Source: an uncultured Christensenella sp. (GTDB taxonomy: Bacteria; Bacillota; Clostridia; Christensenellales; Pumilibacteraceae). Taken from it: DNA of 64,000 nt. The stretch is from assembly GCA_910578545.1 (NCBI GenBank), contig CAJTPT010000002.1, positions 137,574-201,573 of the forward strand. Reading direction: 5' to 3'. The notes beneath the pieces are model-generated. The model was not told the origin of the DNA. It saw nothing but the letters and a program-made list of their open reading frames with translations, and made no database searches. Made by a program: the position numbers and the translations under genes. Of this stretch, positions 10,053 through 20,236 are shown piece after piece; the stretch's first letter is position 1, and every line of letters starts with the position of its first letter.

Positions 10053-10704
10053 AAAAATAGATAACGTGCTCGAGGCGCTTTTGTTTGTGTCGGGCGACGG
10101 ACTTAAAATATCGGATATTTGCGAGCTACTCGAACTTCAAAAGAGTGAGGTTACCTCGGCAGTAAAACGTCTGCAAAAGAAGTACGGCGGCGTATCGGGC
10201 GTACACCTTATTTCGTACAACGGAAAAATCCAGTTGGCGTCCAATCCCGCATATGCCGAAGTTTTGTCGGTCGTACTTAATCCCATAAAGGAAAAGGCTT
10301 TGTCCAATCCCGCTATGGAAACGCTGTCCATAATCGCGTACAGACAGCCTGTCACTCGTCTCGATATAGAGCATATCCGCGGCGTAAACTGCGACTATGC
10401 TCTTCAGGCGCTGTTAAAGAACAATCTGATTGAGATTTGCGGACGAAAAGACGCGCTTGGCAAGCCGCTTTTGTTTGGCACGACCGAAACCTTTTTGCGT
10501 AAGTTCGGTATAGAAAATATCGACGATTTGCCGGAACGCGCCGCACTGCTCGAAAAAATCAAGCAGATAGAGGAATCTACACCCGAACTTACGGAGGAAG
10601 GGTTGTATAGATTTGAAAACGAAAATCCGGACGAAACACCCGAGTTTTTGCAGGGCGAGGACGTGGTGAAAATCGAGGTGAATGAAGGTGAAGCTCAATC
10701 GTAA
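10039..10704 (+). CDS. scpB: Segregation/condensation protein B
   Basis: LEALLFVSG, ETLSIIAYRQPVTR and GTTETFLRKFG motifs. Confidence 0.95.
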   Translation: MLEIEKIDNVLEALLFVSGDGLKISDICELLELQKSEVTSAVKRLQKKYGGVSGVHLISYNGKIQLASNPAYAEVLSVVLNPIKEKALSNPAMETLSIIAYRQPVTRLDIEHIRGVNCDYALQALLKNNLIEICGRKDALGKPLLFGTTETFLRKFGIENIDDLPERAALLEKIKQIEESTPELTEEGLYRFENENPDETPEFLQGEDVVKIEVNEGEAQS

Positions 10705-10761
10705 AGCCTTTAATCGTTCGATTAAATAATAAATAATTTAGCAACGGCAAACACTAAGCCT

Positions 10762-11331
10762 ATGATTTACTTGGTGCTTGCCGTTATTTTTTTGCATCTT
10801 ATTTCCGCGCCTATTGTGGTTAGCGCCGACGTTAACGTAGATACGGACAAGGGCGACGGAAATATGATTGTACGTGTCATGCTGATACCCGTTTATAAGA
10901 AAAAGATAAATACGAATGAAATTAAAGAAAAAATAAGCGGACAATCACACGATATCGTAGAGGACGAGGAAAAAACTCGACCGTCAAACGGGAAAAAGAG
11001 TTTTCTTATTGTTTGCGCAAAAAACGTTTTATCGCGTGTGCGCGTACGAGTTGCGGACTTGGCTATCGGTTTGGGTACGGGCGACGCGGCGGCTGACGGT
11101 GTTGCCGTCGGTTTACTTAAAATCATGTATTTGCAAGCATGCGCTTTTTTCGGTTTTGAGGGAAATACGGATGATATTCGCCCCGACTTTGATAACACTG
11201 TATTGGTTTTGTCGTTTTTCGGCATATTTTCGCTCTGTATTGCAGATATTATCTTTGCCGTATGTACAGCGTTTTTAGATAAAATAAGGCGCGGCGGTAA
11301 AAGGAGAGGTTATGCGAATGTTGCCGAGTGA
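10762..11331 (+). CDS. YtfI/DUF2953-like protein
   Basis: LGTGDAAADGVAVG and IRPDF motifs; immediately upstream of a ytfJ-like gene. Confidence 0.7.
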   Translation: MIYLVLAVIFLHLISAPIVVSADVNVDTDKGDGNMIVRVMLIPVYKKKINTNEIKEKISGQSHDIVEDEEKTRPSNGKKSFLIVCAKNVLSRVRVRVADLAIGLGTGDAAADGVAVGLLKIMYLQACAFFGFEGNTDDIRPDFDNTVLVLSFFGIFSLCIADIIFAVCTAFLDKIRRGGKRRGYANVAE

Positions 11332-11692
11332 ACGCACCGAGCACCCGATTGAACGCATTATGGACAGCGCGTTCGGAAAAATGCGAATGCTGACCGACGC
11401 AGATATTATCGTCGGCAATCCAATAGTTATGCCCGACGGGTCTACCGTCGTGCCCATAAGCAAAATCAGTATCGGGATAGTGACGGGTGGAGGCGAGTAT
11501 TGCGAAAAACAGCAAAACGAATATCCGTTTGCCGGTGCGTCGGGGGCGGGGATGAGTGTATCGCCCGTTTGCTTTTTAGTGAACGACGGTAAGTCTGTAA
11601 AAATGCTCAACGTCGGCAGTAAAAGCGTAATAGATAAGGTAGTTGAAACCGTGCCGGACGTTGTTCGCTCTATATTCGGGAAGAAAAAATGA
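11312..11692 (+). CDS. gerW: GerW/YtfJ family sporulation protein
   Basis: IVGNPI, VPISKISIG, GGGEY and PFAGASGAGMSVSPVCFL motifs. Confidence 0.88.
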   Translation: MRMLPSERTEHPIERIMDSAFGKMRMLTDADIIVGNPIVMPDGSTVVPISKISIGIVTGGGEYCEKQQNEYPFAGASGAGMSVSPVCFLVNDGKSVKMLNVGSKSVIDKVVETVPDVVRSIFGKKK

Positions 11693-12531
11693 CGAAAAAA
11701 ACTTTTAAAAAAATTATTACTACGGTTGTTGTTTCGATGTGTGCGGTATTGTGTTGCGCTTTCACGCCTGTTGATGAGGTTGCGGCGACGGTGCGCGGCA
11801 CGGAAGTTAACAGCTCTGCCACATCCATGGCATTGGTCGACGGCGACACGGGAAAGCTTATTTATTCGAAAAACTGCGACGTAAAAAGAGAGCCCGCAAG
11901 CACTACAAAGATTTGTACGGCTATAACGGTTATCGAAAACCACACGCTTTTGGATATACCGGTACCCATTCCCGACAAGGCCGTCGGCGTGGAAGGGTCG
12001 TCGCTGTATTTGCAAAAGGGCGAAATGATGACGGTGCGCGATTTGCTTTACGGACTTATGCTTCAATCGGGCAACGACTGTGCGACTGCTTTGGCAATAA
12101 TCGTCGGCGGTAGCGTGGACGGTTTTGTCAAACTAATGAACGAAACGGCGCAAAAGGCCGGGGCGACAAACACCAACTTTGTAAATCCTCACGGTTTGCA
12201 TCACGAGGATCATTACACGACGGCGCGTGATTTGTGCGCTATCTCGTACTATGCCATGCAAAACGATTTGTTTAGAGAGATAGTTTCCGCAAAGCGTCAT
12301 TCAACGCCTTATCATAACCATGATTATAACCGCAACTTTCCAAACAAGAATAAGATCTTGTTTAATTACGACGGCGGTAACGGTATAAAAACGGGTTACA
12401 CCAGGCACTCCGGCAGATGTCTTGTTTCGTCGGCGACGCGCGACGGTAAGACGTATATCTGCACGGTGCTTAACTGCTACGACATGTTTGAAGAGTGTAT
12501 GCGATTAATGGATATGGCTTTTGCAAGATAG
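11689..12531 (+). CDS. dacB: D-alanyl-D-alanine carboxypeptidase (S11, DacB-like), catalytic domain only
   Basis: ASTTK (SxxK), SGN, NPHGL and KTGYT motifs; conserved position after ytfJ. Confidence 0.85.
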   Translation: MTKKTFKKIITTVVVSMCAVLCCAFTPVDEVAATVRGTEVNSSATSMALVDGDTGKLIYSKNCDVKREPASTTKICTAITVIENHTLLDIPVPIPDKAVGVEGSSLYLQKGEMMTVRDLLYGLMLQSGNDCATALAIIVGGSVDGFVKLMNETAQKAGATNTNFVNPHGLHHEDHYTTARDLCAISYYAMQNDLFREIVSAKRHSTPYHNHDYNRNFPNKNKILFNYDGGNGIKTGYTRHSGRCLVSSATRDGKTYICTVLNCYDMFEECMRLMDMAFAR

Positions 12532-12623
12532 GCTATCCACGATACTTCTCTTAATACGGTAAATCATTCGTAAACGCTTGATTTTTTTTAGATAATGGTT
12601 TAAGCTATTGATAGGTAAAAATC

Positions 12624-13328
12624 ATGCGAATCAATAAATACTTGAGCGGTTGCGGTTTGGACAGCCGCCGAAAATGCGAACAGTACGTTACGGACGGACG
12701 GGTAAAGGTCAACGGTAAAGTTTTGACCTCGCTGGCCTATGACGTCAAGGATGGGGATTACGTGGAAGTGGACGGTAAAGCCGTCAGTCTTTCGGAACGT
12801 AAAGTTTACATAATGCTCAATAAGCCGAAAGGTTGCGTTTGCACATCGAGCGACGAAAAAGGGCGCAAAACCGTTCTTGATTTCGTAAAGATAAAAGAAC
12901 GGGTTTTTCCCGTTGGCAGACTTGACTACGACACAGAGGGTTTGCTTCTTTTGACAAACGACGGCGAGCTCGCTTACGCAGTAACTCATCCAAAGAACAT
13001 GGTCAAAAAGGTGTATTCCGTACGAGTAGAGGGCGAGCCGTCCGACGCCGAGCTTAAACGGTTAAGAAACGGCGTGGAATTTAACGGCGTAAAGTACATG
13101 CCCGCAAAGGTTGTCGTGCTCGGCAAGGAAAACAACGACACCCGACTTGAGATTACCATTACAGAGGGTAAAAACCACGAGATAAAAAACATGATAGAAT
13201 CGCTTGGTCGACGTGTGTTGTTTTTAAAACGCACAGAGGTCGGCGGGATTAGGCTGGGCGGACTGTCGCGCGGCGAGTGGCGGTATCTGAATGCCAAGGA
13301 AGTCGATAAGCTCGTTTCTCTCAAATAA
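12624..13328 (+). CDS. rluB: 23S rRNA pseudouridine synthase (RluB family)
   Basis: N-terminal S4 domain, VGRLDYDTEGLLLLTNDG, ITEGKNHEIK. Confidence 0.88.
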   Translation: MRINKYLSGCGLDSRRKCEQYVTDGRVKVNGKVLTSLAYDVKDGDYVEVDGKAVSLSERKVYIMLNKPKGCVCTSSDEKGRKTVLDFVKIKERVFPVGRLDYDTEGLLLLTNDGELAYAVTHPKNMVKKVYSVRVEGEPSDAELKRLRNGVEFNGVKYMPAKVVVLGKENNDTRLEITITEGKNHEIKNMIESLGRRVLFLKRTEVGGIRLGGLSRGEWRYLNAKEVDKLVSLK

Positions 13329-13362
13329 TCGAAAAATCTTGAAATATTTTTACCTCGATTTG

Positions 13363-13475
13363 TTGAATTTCGATTAATAAAATGATATAATAAACCCAAT
13401 CGTGATTGCGGAATGAAGTGTAGATATTGCTTACGGTAAAGATATCGAAAAATCAATCTGTGATTGTGATATAAT
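13363..13475 (+). promoter_or_regulatory. Tandem sigma-A promoters of the decarboxylase operon
   Basis: TTGAAT-17nt-TATAAT (13363-13391, with TG extension) and a second extended -10 TGATATAAT (13467-13475). Confidence 0.6.
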
Positions 13476-13556
13476 GTTATCGGTTTATATTGCGGATCAA
13501 ATATACGTCCGTAAAACCGTTTGTTTTTAATAAAAGCGGATAGCTTGGAGGAATAA

Positions 13557-14912
13557 ATGGAAACGTTAAAAAATGCCAAAAGCACACTTGCATCTGCCAA
13601 TAAAGATATTTTGCGGTTTATCAACGCGTTCGTCGACGAAAAGTCTTTTGTCGAAACGGACGCGTTTATGTGTTCGCAAAATGATTTGGCGGAAGCGCCC
13701 GGTGAAGGCGTTGTAAGCGGTTTTGCTTCCGTTGCCGATACGGGCATATGCCTTTTCGCGACTAACAGCAAGGTGCTTAAGGGCGCCGTCGGTCAGCTTA
13801 ATGCAAAAAAGATTGTGCGCGCAATTAACAACGCTGTCAGAATGGGTAAGCCGCTTATCGCTGTTTGGGATACCATGGGCGCGCGCTTTACGGAAGGCGT
13901 CGAGGCGCTCGAAGCATACGGCGCGATACTAAGAGCGTACACTGTTGCTTACGGCGAAGTACCTATTATTTCGATTATAAAGGGTAACAACCTCGGACTT
14001 TCGTCTTACGTTGCGGGGATAAGCGATTTTGTAATAGCTTATAAGGACAGCGTAATTGCTACAGCTTCGCCGCTCGTTTTGGAAGCAAAATCGGGCGCGA
14101 AGGGCGTCGGTACTGCCGACATCGCGGCAAAAAAGGGTGTAGTAACCAATATCGTCAAAACAGACAAAGAACTTCGAGAGCTAATTACAAAGATTTTGGG
14201 CGTGTTCTCGGGTTCTGTCGAAACGGGCGATGACGTCAACCGTAGCTGTAAAGGTCTTAAAGCGGGTGTTAAAACCGATACGGTTATTAAAGAGGTTTTT
14301 GATATAAACAGCTTTTTACCGCTGCGCGGCGAGTATGCGCCCGAGGTGGTAACGGGCTTTGCGTGCCTTGGCGAAATTCCCGTTGGCGTTGTTGCTACCG
14401 TTTCTGCCGTAAACGACGGGCGGTTGACTCATGACGGTTGCATTAAAATAAGTGAGTTTTTAAACGCTTGCGAAAACGCCGAAACCCCCGTCGTATTCTT
14501 GGTAGATTGTATCGGAACGGAACAAACGATGGGCGACACGGCGCTTATTCGTGAAATGTCCAATCTTATATATCAAGTCAATTCGCTCAGCGTTGATATA
14601 TTTTCGGTCGTTTGCGGCAAGGCAATCGGCGGCGCATACACCGCGCTTGTATCCACCGCGGAATACAAAATCGCATGGGATAGTGCCGAGGTCGGTGCGC
14701 TCGAATCGGAAGCGGCGGCACGCCTTATCTACGCCGACGAAATCAAGATGGCAAAGGATAAGGATAAAACCGTGCAAAAGCTTGCGGCGGCGTACGGCGG
14801 CGAAAACTGCTCCGCGCTTGTAATTGCCAAAAACGGATATTTCGATAACGTTATAGAGCCCAATCACACACGCTCGTACTTGCTTGCCGCGCTTCTTGCG
14901 CATGTGGAGTAA
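13557..14912 (+). CDS. Acyl-CoA carboxyltransferase beta-type subunit, divergent
   Basis: PGEGVVSGFA, DTMGARFTEG, VVTGFACLG, KAIGGAY and GYFDNVIEP match the Carboxyl_trans fold; several motifs altered. Confidence 0.8.
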   Translation: METLKNAKSTLASANKDILRFINAFVDEKSFVETDAFMCSQNDLAEAPGEGVVSGFASVADTGICLFATNSKVLKGAVGQLNAKKIVRAINNAVRMGKPLIAVWDTMGARFTEGVEALEAYGAILRAYTVAYGEVPIISIIKGNNLGLSSYVAGISDFVIAYKDSVIATASPLVLEAKSGAKGVGTADIAAKKGVVTNIVKTDKELRELITKILGVFSGSVETGDDVNRSCKGLKAGVKTDTVIKEVFDINSFLPLRGEYAPEVVTGFACLGEIPVGVVATVSAVNDGRLTHDGCIKISEFLNACENAETPVVFLVDCIGTEQTMGDTALIREMSNLIYQVNSLSVDIFSVVCGKAIGGAYTALVSTAEYKIAWDSAEVGALESEAAARLIYADEIKMAKDKDKTVQKLAAAYGGENCSALVIAKNGYFDNVIEPNHTRSYLLAALLAHVE

Positions 14913-14915
14913 TCA

Positions 14916-15254
14916 ATGAATATCGTATCGCTTTTATCGGCAAAAAATTATTCGCTCGGCGAGGGCGCCGTATTGGCGCTAGTCGGATTTGTTATAGTTC
15001 TTATCGTATTGGCGTTGCTTGTCGGAATATTTTATCTGTCTGGATTTATCTTTCAGACGAAGCTTTTTAATAGACCCAAAAAGGATAAGTCGAAGCCGAC
15101 GGACGTCGTACAAAAAGCCGTCGACGACGTTGCCGAGGACGAAGAAGAAGTCGTTGCGGCAATAACCGCGGCAATCGCTTGCGTTTTAAGCGCGGAAGCG
15201 TGTGATGACAATCCGCCGGAATTTGTTATTAAACGTATCAAACGCAAAAAGTAA
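14916..15254 (+). CDS. oadG: OadG family decarboxylase gamma/delta subunit
   Basis: Single TM segment followed by EEVVAAITAAIA. Confidence 0.82.
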   Translation: MNIVSLLSAKNYSLGEGAVLALVGFVIVLIVLALLVGIFYLSGFIFQTKLFNRPKKDKSKPTDVVQKAVDDVAEDEEEVVAAITAAIACVLSAEACDDNPPEFVIKRIKRKK

Positions 15255-15318
15255 TCAGCTTTTTTTGTGTGCAAATCACAATCAAATAAATATTTAAAAT
15301 TGTCTTTTGGAGGATATA

Positions 15319-15675
15319 ATGCGTAAATTCAATGTAACGGTCAACGGTAAATCCTATTCGGTTAACGTCGAGGAAGTCGGCGAAAGCGCGCCTGTTCAAG
15401 CGCCGGCAACTGCTCCCGCGTCGGTTGCGACGGCACCTGTTGCTGCAAAGCCCGTTAAGGGCGACGGCACGCCTGTCACCGCGCCCATGCCCGGTCTTAT
15501 TTTGGACTTGGCTCACAAGGACGGCGATACCGTTAAAGAGGGTGAAAAGGTAGTAGTCCTCGAGGCTATGAAGATGGAAAACGATATTAACGCTTCCGCA
15601 GGCGGCACAATCACTTATGTTGTCAAAAAGGGCGACAACGTTGATACCGGAGCTATTCTCGCGTATATAAATTAG
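15319..15675 (+). CDS. Biotin carboxyl carrier protein
   Basis: FNVTVNGKSYSV, Ala/Pro linker, APMPG, EAMKMEN biotinylation site. Confidence 0.95.
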   Translation: MRKFNVTVNGKSYSVNVEEVGESAPVQAPATAPASVATAPVAAKPVKGDGTPVTAPMPGLILDLAHKDGDTVKEGEKVVVLEAMKMENDINASAGGTITYVVKKGDNVDTGAILAYIN

Positions 15676-15684
15676 GGTGATTAA

Positions 15685-16848
15685 ATGCAGTTTGTAGAAA
15701 TTCTTAAAAACCTGTGGGAGAGCACCGGTTTAAACCACTCGGTATCTGGCGGAGAATTTTTGTGGCAAAACTACGTAATGCTTGCCGTTGCGTGCGTTTT
15801 GCTGTTCGTCGGTATCGGGCTTAAAAAAGAACCGTTGTTGCTTGTTCCGATAGGTTTCGGTATGTTGCTGATAAACATACCGGGTGCACAGGAAATTCTT
15901 ATGAAGTTGCCTTCCGATTCTGAGCCCGGCGGATTTTTCTATTACATCACACGCGGTGTAAAGTGGGTTATTTTTCCGCCGATTATTTTCCTCGGAATAG
16001 GCGCAATGACGGACTTCGGGCCGTTGATTGCAAACCCCAAAAGCTTTATTTTGGGTGCGGCGGCGCAGCTTGGTATTTTCATAACGCTTTTCGGCGCAAT
16101 GGTGCTCGGCTTTGAAGGCTTTGAAGCGGCGGCTACAGCCATTATCGGCGGCGCGGACGGTCCTACGTCCATTTACGTTGCTACTAAGATGGGCGTGTCA
16201 AGCAGTATGCTGTCGGCAATAACGGTTGCGGCGTACTCGTATATGGCGCTTATCCCCATTATTCAACCCGTTCTAATGAAACTGTTGACCACCAAAAAAG
16301 AGCGTTCTATCAGAATGCAACAGCTTCGTCCGGTTTCAAAGCGCGAAAAAATCGTATTCCCCATAGTCATCACTTTGGTTTGCGGACTCATTTTGCCGGA
16401 CTCTTTGCCGCTACTCGGCATGCTTATGCTTGGCAATCTGTTAAAGGAATGCTTGGTGACGGACAGACTTGCCAATACGGCGAGTAACGCGCTTATGAAC
16501 ATCATAACGATATTCCTCGGAATAAGCGTTGGATCAATGGCCGTCGGTACTGAATTCCTCGCACTTTCCACGCTAAAAATAGTCGTGCTCGGATTGTTCG
16601 CATTCGTTATGGGAACAATTGGCGGGCTTCTTATGGGCAAGCTTTTGTGCGTGCTTACGCATGGCAAGGTCAATCCGCTTATCGGAAGTGCGGGTGTTTC
16701 CGCCGTTCCCATGGCGGCGCGTGTATCGCAAACGGTGGCGCAAAAGGAAGATCCCAATAACTACTTGCTAATGCACGCTATGGGTCCCAACGTTGCGGGC
16801 GTTATAGGCTCGGCCGTTGCGGCGGGCGTATTGCTTGCTATATTCTAA
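15685..16848 (+). CDS. oadB: Na+-translocating decarboxylase beta subunit
   Basis: IIGGADGPT, AAYSYMAL, AGVSAVPMAAR and HAMGPNVAGVIGSA motifs. Confidence 0.96.
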   Translation: MQFVEILKNLWESTGLNHSVSGGEFLWQNYVMLAVACVLLFVGIGLKKEPLLLVPIGFGMLLINIPGAQEILMKLPSDSEPGGFFYYITRGVKWVIFPPIIFLGIGAMTDFGPLIANPKSFILGAAAQLGIFITLFGAMVLGFEGFEAAATAIIGGADGPTSIYVATKMGVSSSMLSAITVAAYSYMALIPIIQPVLMKLLTTKKERSIRMQQLRPVSKREKIVFPIVITLVCGLILPDSLPLLGMLMLGNLLKECLVTDRLANTASNALMNIITIFLGISVGSMAVGTEFLALSTLKIVVLGLFAFVMGTIGGLLMGKLLCVLTHGKVNPLIGSAGVSAVPMAARVSQTVAQKEDPNNYLLMHAMGPNVAGVIGSAVAAGVLLAIF

Positions 16849-16890
16849 TCCAACTACAAGAATATAATCGATATTTAATCGGAGTTAATT

Positions 16891-18288
16891 ATGGCTAAAG
16901 TCAAAATTATGGAAACAATCCTGCGCGACGCGCACCAATCTCAAGCGGCTACCCGCATGCGTACGGACGAAATGTTGCCTGCCGCCAAATTGCTTGACGA
17001 CGTAGGTTTTTACGCGCTCGAGGCGTGGGGCGGTGCAACGTTTGATTCGTGCTTGAGATATTTGGACGAGGATCCGTGGGAGCGGCTCAGAGCTCTCAGA
17101 AAGAATATTCCCAACACAAAACTCCAAATGCTGTTCCGCGGACAGAATATTTTGGGCTACAAGCATTACGCCGACGACGTTGTAGACGAGTTTTGCCGTT
17201 TGTCGATAAAGAACGGCATTGACGTAATTCGTATTTTCGACGCGCTCAACGATATTAGAAATATGAAGCAGGCGATTGACAGCACCAAAAAGTACGGCGG
17301 TACAGTCGAAGCGGCGCTTTGCTACACTACTAGCAAGGTGCACACAATCGAGTATTTCGTTGACCTTGCCGTTCAGCTCGAAAAGATGGGTGCGGATATA
17401 ATCTGCATTAAGGATATGGCTAACTTACTGTTGCCGTACACTGCATACGAGCTTGTTTCTCGCATTAAAGACAAGGTTAAAATTCCCGTACATTTGCATA
17501 CGCATAATACCGCCGGAACGGGCGATATGGTAAACTTAAAGGCAATAGAGGCAGGTTGCGATATTGTGGATACTGCGCTTTCGCCTTTGGGTAACGGCAC
17601 AAGTCAACCTTCTACCGAGTCGCTCGTCGCGTCGCTTCAGGGTACCGAATACGATACCGGACTCGATCTTGATAAGCTCAATAAATGCACTGTGTACTTC
17701 CGCAATGTTGCCGATCGTCTTACTGCGGACGGAATACTCAACCCCAAGGTCCTTAAGGTCGATGTTAACGCGCTTATTTACCAGGTTCCTGGCGGCATGC
17801 TCAGCAATCTTATCAGTCAGTTAAAGCAACAGAATGCTTCGGACAGACTTACCGAGGTTTTGGAAGAAGTGCCGAGAGTTCGCGCCGACTTAGGATATCC
17901 TCCGCTTGTCACGCCGTCCTCGCAGATTGTCGGAACGCAAGCCGTTCTTAACGTGCTTACGGGCGAGCGTTACAAAACAGTAACCAAGGAAACGCGCGGC
18001 GTAGTGGCGGGCGAGTACGGTAAACTTCCGATCGAGCCTGATGTGAAAATCATCAAAAAAATAATCGGCGATACCCCGCGTATCACATGCAGACCTGCCG
18101 ATAATATCGCGCCCGAGCTGGATAAGTACAAAAAGGATATCGAGGAATACGCCATTCAGGAAGAGGATGTTCTCACATACGCACTTTTCCCGCAACTTGC
18201 TATTCCGTTCTTCAAAAAGCGCGAAGCTAGGCTTCATGGCGTGGATAAGGAAATCTGCGACAAGGATAACCCCGTTCAACCTGTATGA
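16891..18288 (+). CDS. oadA: Oxaloacetate decarboxylase alpha / pyruvate carboxyltransferase subunit (no biotin domain)
   Basis: LRDAHQS, WGGATFD, IKDMA, HTH, QVPGGM and PPLVTPSSQIVG motifs. Confidence 0.93.
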   Translation: MAKVKIMETILRDAHQSQAATRMRTDEMLPAAKLLDDVGFYALEAWGGATFDSCLRYLDEDPWERLRALRKNIPNTKLQMLFRGQNILGYKHYADDVVDEFCRLSIKNGIDVIRIFDALNDIRNMKQAIDSTKKYGGTVEAALCYTTSKVHTIEYFVDLAVQLEKMGADIICIKDMANLLLPYTAYELVSRIKDKVKIPVHLHTHNTAGTGDMVNLKAIEAGCDIVDTALSPLGNGTSQPSTESLVASLQGTEYDTGLDLDKLNKCTVYFRNVADRLTADGILNPKVLKVDVNALIYQVPGGMLSNLISQLKQQNASDRLTEVLEEVPRVRADLGYPPLVTPSSQIVGTQAVLNVLTGERYKTVTKETRGVVAGEYGKLPIEPDVKIIKKIIGDTPRITCRPADNIAPELDKYKKDIEEYAIQEEDVLTYALFPQLAIPFFKKREARLHGVDKEICDKDNPVQPV

Positions 18289-19034
18289 GAATATTGTTTA
18301 CCAACGACGACGGCTACAATTCGGAAGGATTGCATGCCGTCGCCGATTTATTTAAAACCAAGCACGATATAGCTGTCGTTGCTCCCAACGTGCAAAAGTC
18401 GGGCTTTTCGCACTCGCTCACGCTCAGACCCAGTCGGCTTGCGTGCAGAGAGGTTTTAGGCTACGGCTATAAGGTGTATGCGGTTGACGGTACGCCGGTT
18501 GATTGCGTTAAGTTTGCGCGCAACTGCGTGTTTCCCGCGCCCGATCTTGTTATTTCGGGCATAAACTACGGGCAAAACCTCGGCAGTGACATAATGTATT
18601 CCGGTACGGTATCCGCCGCCACCGACGCGGTGCACTCCGGCATTCGTGCAATAGCTCTTTCGCTTGATACGTATAATAATAACGGAAGTCTGTTGGATTT
18701 CAATGGTTTTGCTTTGTTTTTCAAAAATAATTTTAAAAAGCTTATCGGCATTGCGCTTCCGCCTAAGACGTTGCTTAACATCAATTATCCCGCACAAAAG
18801 CCGATTGGTGTAAAATTCGTCAGAATGAACACTCAGGAAACCTTTTCGGACGGATATGAACAATCGCCCGACGGTTATTATTTGCCCGGTGGTGGACGGG
18901 ATTATTCCTCGCTTGACGAGAATACAGACGAGGGATACTGTCGCAACGGTTATATTACGGTCACGCCGCTTTTAATCGATCGTACGGATTACGGCACGCT
19001 CGATAAAATACGGGATACGGAATTGATATTATGA
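18285..19034 (+). CDS. surE: 5'/3'-nucleotidase SurE
   Basis: TNDDG, GTPVDCV, SGINYGQN and YSGTVSAA motifs. Confidence 0.95.
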   Translation: MRILFTNDDGYNSEGLHAVADLFKTKHDIAVVAPNVQKSGFSHSLTLRPSRLACREVLGYGYKVYAVDGTPVDCVKFARNCVFPAPDLVISGINYGQNLGSDIMYSGTVSAATDAVHSGIRAIALSLDTYNNNGSLLDFNGFALFFKNNFKKLIGIALPPKTLLNINYPAQKPIGVKFVRMNTQETFSDGYEQSPDGYYLPGGGRDYSSLDENTDEGYCRNGYITVTPLLIDRTDYGTLDKIRDTELIL

Positions 19035-20236
19035 AAATTGCCGTGATAGGCGGTGGACCGTCGGGACTGATTGCCGCAGGAAGTGCGTACGGTGCGTATG
19101 TCGTGCTTTTTGAGCGCGGCGAGAAAGTCGGTAAAAAGATTTACATAACAGGCAAAGGCAGGTGTAATTTTACCAACATTTGCGATAACAAGACCTTTTT
19201 GCAAAACGTAGTAAATAACGCACCGTTTTTGTATTCGGCGCTTGCAAGCTTTTCGCCTTACGACGCAGTTGATTTTATGGAAAACAACGGTTGCAAGACA
19301 AAGGTCGAGCGTGGGCGTCGTGCATTTCCAATTTCGGACAAAGCGAGTGATATTACAAAGGCATTAAGTCGATACGCCGCCGCAAACAACGTAGATGTAC
19401 GGCTGAATTCATTCGTTTCCGATATTATTCCGCGCGACGGGGGATTTACCGTAAAGCATGCCAATTCCGAAGAGTGGTTTGACCGCGTTATTGTTTGCAC
19501 GGGCGGTAAGAGTTATCCCGTAACGGGTTCGGACGGGAGTCTTTACCCGATCCTGAAACGGCTTGGACATACCGTCGTAAAACCCGTGCCGTCGCTTGTT
19601 GCACTAAATACAAAAGAGGATTTGTCCGCCGCAGAGGGGCTGACTCTTAAAAATATTCAAATACGCGCGGACGGTGTAAAGCCGATATTCGGCGATATGA
19701 TGATAACCGAAACCGGAATTTCGGGGCCTGTCGTTTTGACTCTTTCGGCATATGTAGCACGGTATGATTGCCCGTTTACGGTACGCGTAGATTTAAAGCC
19801 CGCTTTGTCGGCTGATGAGCTTGACTCAAGGCTGTTGCGCGACTTCGGGACTCAGCTTAACAAACAATTTAAAAATGCACTCGATTTACTGTTGCCAAAA
19901 TCGTTAATTCCGTTTATAATAGAAAGGTCCGGTATAGACGGCAGTAGACAGGTCAATTCCGTTACGAAAACAGAACGGCGTACGCTTGTCGAACTTATAA
20001 AAAATCTCGAGCTTACAGTGACGGGAAGCGAGGGCTTTGATAGAGCGGTCGTGACGAGCGGCGGCGTCGATGTAAAGCAAGTCAATCCCAAAACAATGAT
20101 GTCCCGCGTTGTCGACGGGTTGTTTTTGGCGGGCGAGGTCTTGGACGTCGACGCTTTGACGGGCGGATATAATTTTCACATTGCGCTTGCTACGGGATAC
20201 GTTGCGGGCATAAATTCGGTAGGTACGTATGAGTAA
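19031..20236 (+). CDS. HI0933/BaiN-like NAD(P)/FAD-dependent oxidoreductase
   Basis: IGGGPSG, GKKIYITGKGRCNFTN, TGGKSYP and GEVLDVDALTGGYN motifs. Confidence 0.93.
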   Translation: MKIAVIGGGPSGLIAAGSAYGAYVVLFERGEKVGKKIYITGKGRCNFTNICDNKTFLQNVVNNAPFLYSALASFSPYDAVDFMENNGCKTKVERGRRAFPISDKASDITKALSRYAAANNVDVRLNSFVSDIIPRDGGFTVKHANSEEWFDRVIVCTGGKSYPVTGSDGSLYPILKRLGHTVVKPVPSLVALNTKEDLSAAEGLTLKNIQIRADGVKPIFGDMMITETGISGPVVLTLSAYVARYDCPFTVRVDLKPALSADELDSRLLRDFGTQLNKQFKNALDLLLPKSLIPFIIERSGIDGSRQVNSVTKTERRTLVELIKNLELTVTGSEGFDRAVVTSGGVDVKQVNPKTMMSRVVDGLFLAGEVLDVDALTGGYNFHIALATGYVAGINSVGTYE

